Source: Akkermansiaceae bacterium | Lineage (GTDB): Bacteria > Verrucomicrobiota > Verrucomicrobiia > Verrucomicrobiales > Akkermansiaceae | Length of the DNA: 64,000 nt | Direction of reading: 5' to 3' | Assembly: GCA_022510805.1 (NCBI GenBank) | Contig: JAFLSS010000003.1 | Coordinates: forward strand, 1,323 to 65,322 | Part shown: piece by piece, positions 28,401-35,749 of the stretch | Layout of the letters: each line of letters begins with the position of its first letter | Position numbering within the stretch: position 1 is the stretch's first letter | Translations under genes and position numbers: made by a program | Notes under the pieces: generated by a model | What the model was told of the DNA's origin: nothing | What the model saw: the letters and a program-made list of their open reading frames with translations, nothing else | Databases searched by the model: none

Positions 28401-31325
28401 GTGCTTGAGGCTGGCGGATCTGGCGATGGGCTCGAAGGCGATGGGCGGCGTGTCGAACTTGCGGCCGTTGTTCTCCCAGCCTTGCATGATGAGCTCCTCA
28501 GACACACCCAAGCCCTTGGCAAGCAGGCGCCCATAGGCCTGCACCGGCGTGAGCCCCTCCACCAGCGCTTGGTGGTACTCTTGCGTGCAGGGAATGGCTT
28601 CCTCCATCTTTTCAATGGTGTCGCAAAGGCCGATGAGCACCTGCTGTGCGCTGAGCTCCTGCCGGCTTTTGACCAGCTCTTGAGCAGCTCGGCTGAGGAT
28701 GGTGTTTTCCTCTTTCCCATGGGGCGGGGTGGCCGACTCTGCCAGCGAATCAGGCGCCTCACCGCCGAATGCGCGTATACTGGTCGGCAGGTAGTCGAAG
28801 ATCTCCTCCTTGAACACGGCATCCCGCGCCTCACCGGCCATCGAGCGCACGATCGTGCGCGCTACTTTGACCAGCAAGTTTCTGCGGTCGAGCTCCACCA
28901 CCTTGCCCAACTCCTCAGCCGGCATAGGATTGCGCACGAGGGTGTCCATGGTATGGAACGCGAGGGCGTGGCGGTATGAGAGCTGCTCAAGCTGGCGGAA
29001 ACCACCGGCCGCGTAGGAATCATAATCTGCATGGGGCGACAAGCGGTAGCTGGCCTCCGCCTGCTCCGAGCCGGCGGCATGCTGATCCGGCAGCTCCGGG
29101 AGGGGCTCTGAGCCGAAGCCGGCGCGGCGCCACCATTGTTCGTAGAGGGAGCGCACCTGCTGCGTGCGCTCATGAGAAGCCGCGCGTATCTCCTCCGGCC
29201 AAGGGATGCCAGCCGACTTCTTCTTGGCAGATGAGGCGGGCGCCGGCAGCTTGAAAAACTCCCGCGCCGTCTTCTTATCCCAGAAGCCGCGGTAGTCCTC
29301 AATCCCCAGCAAGCGGAGCGCGCGCAGCGCGTATTCCGAGAAATCCACACTCTCAAACACCTTGCTCTCGTTGAGAGCCTTGTAGAGCAGCTCCGACCGG
29401 CGCGCCACATCCGGCTCCGCCAGCACCTCCGCGCGCTTCTCTGCGCTGATCCCGAGGCGCTCCATCATGGTGCCATCCCCGAGCACCGCGCGCTGTGAGC
29501 GGAAGTGCTGCAGCCCCAGTTGGCCGGAGCGCAGCAGCAGATACGGCAGCAGAGCCGCCGCCTCGTGCATGTTGCTCTCAATATCCGTCACATTGTCGCC
29601 GAAGCTCTCCCAGTCAATATTGGACGCCACGCCATTCACCCGCGCGGCCATCTCCTGCATCCCCAGCGCGCCGGCGTGCGACAACTTGCCTGCGGTGTAT
29701 TGCTTGAGCATCTCCTCCATGCCGCCGGCAGCCGTGAGATTCAGCGCGCCTATAGAATAGAGCGCACCCTTGCCGCGCGCCTGCGCAAAGCGGCTGATAC
29801 CGCGCTCCATGAGCTTGCCGCCCACCTTGTTGATCCCGGTGTAGATACCTGTTTGCAGCGCCCCGCCCAGCAGTCCGGCAAAGAACTGCAGCTCCTGGCG
29901 GCCCTGGGGCGCGCGCTCACGCGCCTCAGCCACCGCATCGCTCACAGAGCTGAGGGTGACCGCCGCGAACCCGGGCGCGCCGCAAAAACTCAGCACCGTG
30001 CTCGGCACACTCTGCGCCGCGTCCAACAAGTAGGCCGAGTACTCGTTCTCCTTGCCGGCCTGCACCAGCGGCCGCAGCTCCTCCTGCGAGAAGTGGCGCA
30101 GCTTGTTAAACACCTGCGACCTCTTGTCCCAGGCGTTGGCCAGCTCCTCAGCCCCGCCGACACCGGCGGCAGAGCTGTAGAGATGCAGGGAGCTGACACC
30201 CAGCTGCGAGAGCACGCGGTACATCCCGAAATTCATATTGGCAACACCGCGGCGCGAGGCCTGCATCATGCGCGTCACCAGATTCGGCACATCACTCTCC
30301 ACTTTCTTGTCCTGCGCCATGCCGGCGGCGAGGTAGAGCACCGTGTAGAACTCCGGCTCATCCAGCTCTGCCAGCTCATCCACCGCGCGCACCAGATCCG
30401 GCACCGCACCCGCCATGCGCGGCAGGAAAAAGGCATCTTCCTCCAGCGCAGAAAAAGCCTCCAGGCCACGCGTCACCCGCGCCGCCAAATCCTTGTAGCG
30501 CTCACGCGCCGCCTGCCCCTGGCGGAAAGCCTCCTCCGCCAGCTTGGCAGACTTGCCGGGCTTATCCTGGCCGAACAAGCGAGACGCCGTCTCCAGCGTC
30601 AGCGGGTGCATACCATCCAGCGCCGCCATATAACAGCGCTGAGCAATATCGCGCGCCATCTCGCGGATCGGCTCCTGCTCCTCCTGCTGCGAAAGCGCCA
30701 GGAAGAGCTCCTCCTCATTATCGCGCACACCAAAGCTGCGGGTGAGCTCCGCGCGGCGCTGCTTCCAGCGGGCATGCACCTGCTCGCGGGTATCGGAGGA
30801 GTGATCCACCACCCACGAGCGATTCAGCGTGCGCAGCATGCGGTACTCCCGCTGCTCCTCGGGCAGGTTCCACTCATCCGCCCCGGTGCGCTGCCGCACC
30901 TCTGCCGGCACAGTGGAGGGATCCCCCGTGAGTATGGCTCGCCAATACGCGCGCTTGCGGCCGGCAGCAGCGGCATCTGCCGCCTCTGCGGCGGCGGGTG
31001 GCTCCGGCTCAGCAGGCGCCTGCTCAGCAGGGGCCGGCGGCGGCTCCTCCGCGCGCTGGGGCACAGCGGGGGCCTCATCCTCCGGCTCATCCTCATGAAG
31101 CGGCGGCTCCGGCTGAGCATCTGCCGGCTCATCAGGCAAAGCATCTGCCGGCTCTTCCGGCAGGGAATGCGCCTCCTCAGCAGCAGGCGGCAGCTCAGCG
31201 GCGGCATCATCAGCAGCATCAGCGGGCGGCAGCTCAGCGGCAGCATCAGCGGCGGCAGGTGTATCAGCGAGGCTCTGCTCCGGCTCGAGCAGAGTTGTCG
31301 GTTGGTGTGTCATCGTGTCCATCAT
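25491..31325 (-). CDS. Giant hypothetical protein (about 1,944 aa), no recognisable domain
   Basis: Uninterrupted 5.8-kb ORF. The listed start 31334 is a TTG; the first ATG is at 31325. It has an acidic Pro/Ala-rich repetitive N-terminus and a Lys/Arg/Glu-rich C-terminus. Confidence 0.8.
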   Translation of the reverse strand: MMDTMTHQPTTLLEPEQSLADTPAAADAAAELPPADAADDAAAELPPAAEEAHSLPEEPADALPDEPADAQPEPPLHEDEPEDEAPAVPQRAEEPPPAPAEQAPAEPEPPAAAEAADAAAAGRKRAYWRAILTGDPSTVPAEVRQRTGADEWNLPEEQREYRMLRTLNRSWVVDHSSDTREQVHARWKQRRAELTRSFGVRDNEEELFLALSQQEEQEPIREMARDIAQRCYMAALDGMHPLTLETASRLFGQDKPGKSAKLAEEAFRQGQAARERYKDLAARVTRGLEAFSALEEDAFFLPRMAGAVPDLVRAVDELAELDEPEFYTVLYLAAGMAQDKKVESDVPNLVTRMMQASRRGVANMNFGMYRVLSQLGVSSLHLYSSAAGVGGAEELANAWDKRSQVFNKLRHFSQEELRPLVQAGKENEYSAYLLDAAQSVPSTVLSFCGAPGFAAVTLSSVSDAVAEARERAPQGRQELQFFAGLLGGALQTGIYTGINKVGGKLMERGISRFAQARGKGALYSIGALNLTAAGGMEEMLKQYTAGKLSHAGALGMQEMAARVNGVASNIDWESFGDNVTDIESNMHEAAALLPYLLLRSGQLGLQHFRSQRAVLGDGTMMERLGISAEKRAEVLAEPDVARRSELLYKALNESKVFESVDFSEYALRALRLLGIEDYRGFWDKKTAREFFKLPAPASSAKKKSAGIPWPEEIRAASHERTQQVRSLYEQWWRRAGFGSEPLPELPDQHAAGSEQAEASYRLSPHADYDSYAAGGFRQLEQLSYRHALAFHTMDTLVRNPMPAEELGKVVELDRRNLLVKVARTIVRSMAGEARDAVFKEEIFDYLPTSIRAFGGEAPDSLAESATPPHGKEENTILSRAAQELVKSRQELSAQQVLIGLCDTIEKMEEAIPCTQEYHQALVEGLTPVQAYGRLLAKGLGVSEELIMQGWENNGRKFDTPPIAFEPIARSASLKHYRQLTNYHPESEESDGVTYTRDQRPDGSYTGWYPAAEPAENDLVGHAHLFFLPKQAPIDLNRLAKINRPSQLPGPYRLRHKEGYCLHDDLSMDATEDLTRLWGSTATKLVPGINMAAYRHFLRGFADAGADDSVTPRIVQSEALNGSTVFDVDSTSSVSPLALMQTRFFVYWLRQLRSHVITPLRAHEFLQKQGYALGEDDVRVPNSQLASPLYRIPKRMSKSNPNEEVITSVAHALSEYTTVRYLAKMQELDVPESVKLWVGMSAFCPKPEIDPRGRGRNSPVVKLEEENRRLASWANRRTAEKLRSWSDAIEAARTKVRPDEFMDPILSDAFGENEDINCERGWCFRALGDQGLQNPQAGFWYMLAHPRAGWKRELLGDYHYNMLYDTVADYCEQDPYFSTLRRNKQGDISVDRVMGMLGDMLQKHPEMHAYSMAGAGGTSRLLRISLQDDVPAVPESAGSFARRGDRWETSPGCTYEPVLDELPEFLSRPHAKSYLGLLDELRQAAINYPRSTQEGVLWNGDAYGGLHGKTPPGLERNYSIELPISPLLRVLQSVGAAEGGKLNVCGVRVRGISPDLDLSPLINSVTVYRYNKDRSHVYRLMPGNINLSDPNLRLPYVVQCRNGMYMDSYEVIKNDQELGANSVAPLHLFYRSRERDNYRQGGEWADLALRHNLTQINRIATSALESGLTDYHTTYMQEYLMRLAEDSGFSKSLEQAEPGSLTMGEASLVNMLSDMVHVVCAPKPRAELRRLVDTTARMLDKDAKMRPLYSLLTYSNDKLAGNRKLHLRPSTLQEEWKAPAKKAARAEQEEPEAVETQGKAQPRKQAWENHLDQVIDETRRSFDQPDPEEEAKRLAEEEKRKSESAKRAERRRREAIRAAEEEERRKNPKAKRPFDPLATPFRIKKAEFEDPMPRIRELQAAEEAARQAIEEKRRQSRIRKYGERSENARQRRLKAQEEAEEKDKE

Positions 31326-31339
31326 AAGAAACAAAAAAA

Positions 31340-32584
31340 TTAGGAAAGAGAATCAGCCTCAAAGCAAACCCAGCGGTCCGACAAGCGGCGCAGCTCATGC
31401 ACCCACTGCGCCGCGCCCTCGCGCCCGCCCTGCTCCAGCCGCGCCAGGCACTCCTGCTGCAAATCCGCAAGGTGCCGCTGCGCCGCCGCATCCTCCGGGC
31501 AGCCCAGCACCCCATCCCGGTACAAATCCTGCACGCTGCGGCTGAGCAGCAGGCGGTCCTGCGCCGGGAGCCGCAGACTCTGCTCCACCCGCCCCAGCAA
31601 GCGGCGCTTATCCTGCGCCGGCAGCGGCGCCGTGGCGATGGCGAGTCGCAGCTGCTCAGCTGAGGCCTCATCCTCCGGGCACTCATTGGCCCGCTGCACC
31701 CAGTGGTTGAGCTGCGCCGGCGAAAGCTCGGCAGGCGCCTGCTGCAGCGCCGCCTCCGCCTGCTCGCGGGAGATCACGCCGGCCCGTGCAGCGAGATCCA
31801 GAAACTCCGGCTCGGGCGAGAGCTCATTCTGCAGGCAGTACTCCAGATCCTGAAGCACCTGTTTGCGGGCAGAGCGCCGCGCCACCCCCTTGGCCTGCTC
31901 CAGGCGGCGGGCATCTGCCTGCCGGCGGGGGAGCGCCTCCTCTGCCGCCTCTGCCAGCGCGCCCAACCCGCGCAGGGGTTCCACCTCCAAATCCTGCTGC
32001 CAGCGCGCCAAATGCGCCCGGCTCTCCGCCTGCTCATTCTCCTCCTGCATGCCCTCCTCCGGCACAAAAATACCCTGCCCGGCCTGTAGCCACTCCTGAG
32101 CCTGCACCACATTCCCCTGCTCGACAGCATCATCCACCCGCGCCCGCCACTGCGAGCGCGCCCGGTCAATCTTGCGCAGCTCAAAATCCCGCTGCGCCTC
32201 CACAGAAGCGCGGGCGCTATATGCATCTGCCAGCTTGCGGCCGGCGGCGCGCGCCTCCGGCGAGAGCTCCTCGATGGCCTCCGCCAGCTTGGGCGCAGAG
32301 GCCGCCTGCCAGGCGTAATTCCAATCTTGCACCTCCTGCTCCGCCAGCTCATCGCGCGTTTCATGGTCAATCGACTTGAGACGCTCCGAAAAATCAGCCA
32401 GCTCCCCCATCGTCGCCACACGAGCACGCTCCTCCAGCACCTTAGCCCCGCCCATCAGCGCGGCAGAAATACCCTCTCCCATGCGCCGGGCGGCATCAGC
32501 CCAGCCTGTGAGACCATCTGTCGGCACGTGCACCCCCCGAGAGGGCTGCCCCATCATGCCCCATTCTTTCATGCGGATTGACAT
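31340..32584 (-). CDS. Hypothetical, predicted all-helical Ala/Glu/Arg/Gln-rich protein
   Basis: 414-aa ORF ending 14 nt upstream of the giant ORF ATG. No family recognised. Confidence 0.7.
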   Translation of the reverse strand: MSIRMKEWGMMGQPSRGVHVPTDGLTGWADAARRMGEGISAALMGGAKVLEERARVATMGELADFSERLKSIDHETRDELAEQEVQDWNYAWQAASAPKLAEAIEELSPEARAAGRKLADAYSARASVEAQRDFELRKIDRARSQWRARVDDAVEQGNVVQAQEWLQAGQGIFVPEEGMQEENEQAESRAHLARWQQDLEVEPLRGLGALAEAAEEALPRRQADARRLEQAKGVARRSARKQVLQDLEYCLQNELSPEPEFLDLAARAGVISREQAEAALQQAPAELSPAQLNHWVQRANECPEDEASAEQLRLAIATAPLPAQDKRRLLGRVEQSLRLPAQDRLLLSRSVQDLYRDGVLGCPEDAAAQRHLADLQQECLARLEQGGREGAAQWVHELRRLSDRWVCFEADSLS

Positions 32585-32694
32585 GCCACAAGCATGCCCC
32601 CGCTACCCGCTTGGCGTCAACCAAGCAGGGCACCCCCTCCTGAGTATTCCCGGGGGGGAATCCTTGCGCGCCCCCCCCACATTGTGGCGGCAGC

Positions 32695-33102
32695 TTACTG
32701 CGCCCAATGCCAATGCAGCACCTTGGGGATATCCGGGTGCAGGGAATTCCCCACCGGGCAACTCGCCACGGCGGCCTCCATCAGGCGGCGCTGCTGCGGC
32801 TGGGTCGGCATGGGCACCGTGATATCAAAATGAAGGCTCCCCACCCCCTGAGTCCCCTCACCACAAGCAGCTTGGATGCAGATACCCACCGTCTCAAACC
32901 CCTTGCGCTTGCCCGTGTAGGCCACCATGCTCAGCATGCAGGAAGCCACTGTGGCCGCAAGCAAGTCACCGGGCGAGGGCTGCTCACCCAGGCCGCCCAT
33001 CGCGGCATCCACATCAGTGACCACCCGGGTGCGAGTCGCATTATAAAACTCCGTATGGCAGCGCATACCCGTCTCAAGTGTCGTGGCAGATGTATAGTCC
33101 AT
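32695..33102 (-). CDS. OsmC/Ohr family peroxiredoxin-like protein
   Basis: 135 aa. The typical GDLLAATVASCM and AVASCPV cysteine contexts are present. Confidence 0.8.
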   Translation of the reverse strand: MDYTSATTLETGMRCHTEFYNATRTRVVTDVDAAMGGLGEQPSPGDLLAATVASCMLSMVAYTGKRKGFETVGICIQAACGEGTQGVGSLHFDITVPMPTQPQQRRLMEAAVASCPVGNSLHPDIPKVLHWHWAQ

Positions 33103-33252
33103 ACCCGCATTCTAAGCCGCAGAGCCCAAGCTGTCAACCCAACTTATCCGCCCGGTAGAGCCGGCTCATGCACCGCCCGCCGCGGCCGGGCTGCCGGGAG
33201 TGGCTGCAATTTGGGCTTGATTGTCTGCGGCTTGTTTTGTATATAAACGCTC

Positions 33253-34140
33253 ATGCAGATGATCGTGTTTGGCGGGAGCGGGCGAGTGGGGCAAGTGCTG
33301 TGCCGGGCGGCGCGCGCCGCCGGGTGGGATGTGCTGGCCCCGGCGCATGCGGAGTGTGATCTCGCGCAGCCCGGCGCCGCGGCGGAGCTCCTGCTCGCGC
33401 ATGCCGGAGCAGAGGCCGTGGTCAACTGTGCTGCCATCTCCGGCCTGGAAGCCTGCGCTGACAATCCGCTGCGCGCCCACCGCATCAACGCCATGGCTCC
33501 GGCGGAGATGGCCCTCATCTGCCGCCACACCGGCGCGCGCTTCCTGCACCTCTCCACCGACTATGTGCTGGACGGCCGCCGCCCCGGCCTGAAGGCGGAA
33601 TCCGCTAAGTGCAAGCCCATCAGCACCTACGGCGAGAGCAAGCGCGAGGGCGAGCAGCAGATCCTCGACACCCGGGCCGAGGCGCTCATCCTGCGTGTCT
33701 CCTGGGTGTGCGGCAACCCGGAGCGCCCCTCCTTTGTGGAGAGCACGCTGGCCCGCGCCCTGAGCGGGCAGCCCCTCGCTGCCATAGATGACAAATATTC
33801 CCTGCCCACACACGCAGCCGACATCGCGCGCGCCCTCCTGGCCCTCATCCCGCGCCCGGAGAGCGGCATCCTCCACCTCACCAGCGGCAGCTCTGAGCCT
33901 CTCAGCTGGCACTGCTGCGCCACCCTTGCCCTGCAGGAAGCCGTGCGCTCAGGCGCCCTGCCTGAGCTGCCGCCCATCACCCGCCAACACCTGCGCGAAG
34001 CCGCCTTTTTCCGCGAGCCGCGCCCCGTGCACACCGCCATGGACACCACCGCCCTGCAAAGCGCCCTGGGGCACCCCCTGCCCACGGCAGAAGCAACCCT
34101 GCGCCGCGCCGTGCAAGACTACCTGAGCCGCCGCCGCTAA
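33253..34140 (+). CDS. rfbD: dTDP-4-dehydrorhamnose reductase
   Basis: 295 aa. GGSGRVG Rossmann motif, an STDYV-type catalytic region and YGESK. Confidence 0.8.
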   Translation: MQMIVFGGSGRVGQVLCRAARAAGWDVLAPAHAECDLAQPGAAAELLLAHAGAEAVVNCAAISGLEACADNPLRAHRINAMAPAEMALICRHTGARFLHLSTDYVLDGRRPGLKAESAKCKPISTYGESKREGEQQILDTRAEALILRVSWVCGNPERPSFVESTLARALSGQPLAAIDDKYSLPTHAADIARALLALIPRPESGILHLTSGSSEPLSWHCCATLALQEAVRSGALPELPPITRQHLREAAFFREPRPVHTAMDTTALQSALGHPLPTAEATLRRAVQDYLSRRR

Positions 34141-34240
34141 AAGCCGCCACCCCGCGCACCCGCACCCCCCTCGGAAACAAGAAGAGGGCTGCCGGAGTGG
34201 GCAACCCTCTTGAGAAAGGAAACAGAAGCGGCAAAACGCA

Positions 34241-34648
34241 TCAGCGCTTGCTGAACTGGAAGCGCTTGCGGGCGCCGGGACGGCCGGCCTTCTTGCGCTC
34301 CTTCATGCGGGAATCGCGGGTGAGGAGGTGCTGCTCGCGCAGGGGAGCGCGGAACTCCTCATCCACCAGCACCAGAGAGCGGGCAATCGCGAGGCTCATG
34401 GCCGCAGCCTGGCCGTGGATGCCGCCACCCTTGGAGACGATGCGCACATCATACTTCTTGATGGTGTTGGTGGCATAGAAAGGCTGAAGAACCACATTCT
34501 GCAGCGCATCGGTGGTCAGGTACTCCTCGAAGCTGCGGCGGTTGATCGTGATCTTGCCGGACTTGCCCTCCTCCACAGGGGTGAGCCAAGCGTGGGCGAT
34601 GGCCTCCTTGCGGCGACCGGTAGCGTTGTAGGGGGTAGTAGAACTCAT
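34241..34648 (-). CDS. rpsI: 30S ribosomal protein S9
   Basis: 135 aa. GRRKEAIA..., GGG..GQA.A...., and a C-terminal KKAGRPGARKRFQFSKR. Confidence 0.95.
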   Translation of the reverse strand: MSSTTPYNATGRRKEAIAHAWLTPVEEGKSGKITINRRSFEEYLTTDALQNVVLQPFYATNTIKKYDVRIVSKGGGIHGQAAAMSLAIARSLVLVDEEFRAPLREQHLLTRDSRMKERKKAGRPGARKRFQFSKR

Positions 34649-34660
34649 GATGATAAAGGA

Positions 34661-35092
34661 TTAGAGGGTGGACACAGACTCGGGGTTCTGAGCGGTGTGC
34701 GGATGCTCACCACCCTTGTACACCTTGAGACGCGTGGCTTGCGCGCGGCCTTGGCGGGTGTGGGGCACCATGCCCAGCACAGCATGCTCCAGCAAAAACT
34801 CGGGCTTGCGGCGGCGGATCTTCTCCGGCGTCGTCACCACCTGATTGCCCACATAGCCTGTGTAACGGGTGTAGATCTTCGCTTTCTCTTTGTTGCCGGT
34901 GAGTCGGACTTTATCAGCATTCACGATGACAACGTAGTCCCCGCAATCCACATGGGGCGTGAAGATTGTCTTATTCTTACCGCGGAGCAGATTGGCTGCT
35001 ACCACTGCGACCTGACCGAGCACCTTGTCGGCAGCGTCAATCACATACCACTTGCGCTCAATATCCTGAGTTTTGGCAGAGAAGGTTTTCAT
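34661..35092 (-). CDS. rplM: 50S ribosomal protein L13
   Basis: 143 aa. KWYVIDA..K.LG, and FTPHVD.GDYVV..NA. Confidence 0.95.
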   Translation of the reverse strand: MKTFSAKTQDIERKWYVIDAADKVLGQVAVVAANLLRGKNKTIFTPHVDCGDYVVIVNADKVRLTGNKEKAKIYTRYTGYVGNQVVTTPEKIRRRKPEFLLEHAVLGMVPHTRQGRAQATRLKVYKGGEHPHTAQNPESVSTL

Positions 35093-35155
35093 GTTATTTT
35101 CTATTATTCCGTTTGCAGCAGTCGCCCCCCGGTCATTCCGGGGTTCGGGTGAGAG

Positions 35156-35184
35156 AGTCTACCCTCAAACAAGTCGTTTGTCAA
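35156..35184 (-). promoter_or_regulatory. Sigma70-like promoter for rplM-rpsI
   Basis: On the minus strand: TTGACA (35184-35179), N17, TAGACT (35161-35156). The leader of about 57 nt contains the hairpin CCCCGG-AATGA-CCGGGG. Confidence 0.45.
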
Positions 35185-35233
35185 CTGCATTTTAATTTTT
35201 TTCAAATTTCATGCCCTGATCAGTAAAAAGCAC

Positions 35234-35262
35234 TTGCAAAGTACGCGCTACAGTTCTAAACT
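35234..35262 (+). promoter_or_regulatory. Sigma70-like promoter for infA
   Basis: TTGCAA (35234-35239), N17, TAAACT (35257-35262). Confidence 0.4.
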
Positions 35263-35318
35263 AGGCGGAGTTTCCGCTCGAGCTTATTAACAGGCGGAAC
35301 AAATAACCCGAATTATCT

Positions 35319-35669
35319 ATGGCTACTCCTCCCGCACGCAACAACAACAGCAACAGATCCCCCCAGCAGTCGCGCGGCAACTCGTCCCGCGGTTCTCAGG
35401 GCGCGCGCCCTTCTTCTTCTTCCTCTGTCATCAAGCCCAAGAAGGCGAATGAAGATGCCGAGGCAGAGATCGAGATGGAGGGTGTTGTTTCTGCTGTGCT
35501 GGCGGGCACGATGTTCCGAGTGCGCGTAGGGAATGGGCATGAGTTCTTGGCCCATATCTCGGGCAAGATGCGCAAGCGCTTCATCCGCCTCGTGGTGGGC
35601 GACCGCGTGCGCATTGAGGTCTCGCCCTATGATATGAGCAAGGCGCGCATCACCTTCCGCCTCAACTAA
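35319..35669 (+). CDS. infA: Translation initiation factor IF-1 with an N-terminal extension of about 45 aa
   Basis: The C-terminal 70 aa is a canonical S1-like IF-1 (GTMFRVRVGNGHEFLAHISGKMRKRFIRLVVGDRVRIEVSPYDMSKARITFR). The N-terminus is Asn/Ser/Arg-rich low complexity. Confidence 0.85.
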   Translation: MATPPARNNNSNRSPQQSRGNSSRGSQGARPSSSSSVIKPKKANEDAEAEIEMEGVVSAVLAGTMFRVRVGNGHEFLAHISGKMRKRFIRLVVGDRVRIEVSPYDMSKARITFRLN

Positions 35670-35749
35670 TCTCCCCCCCTTCTTTCTCTTCGGTGCGGCA
35701 CCCTGCGTGTGCCTGCCTTTTGGCCCCCGCTCCTGCCCCGCTCTCGGGA

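Larger units (their letters stand above)
22498..32644 (-). mobile_element. Candidate integrative island: tyrosine integrase, TerL and two ORFans
   Basis: An integrase sits at one end. Four co-oriented genes are flanked by housekeeping genes. Weak colinear direct repeats lie at both borders (see findings). No other phage genes are recognisable. Confidence 0.4.

Noticed and set aside
30500-30560. Walker-A-like string GQDKPGKS in the giant ORF.
   Set aside because: It matches GxxxxGK[ST] only formally. The flanking sequence is charged and helical rather than a strand-loop-helix, and I found no Walker B partner.
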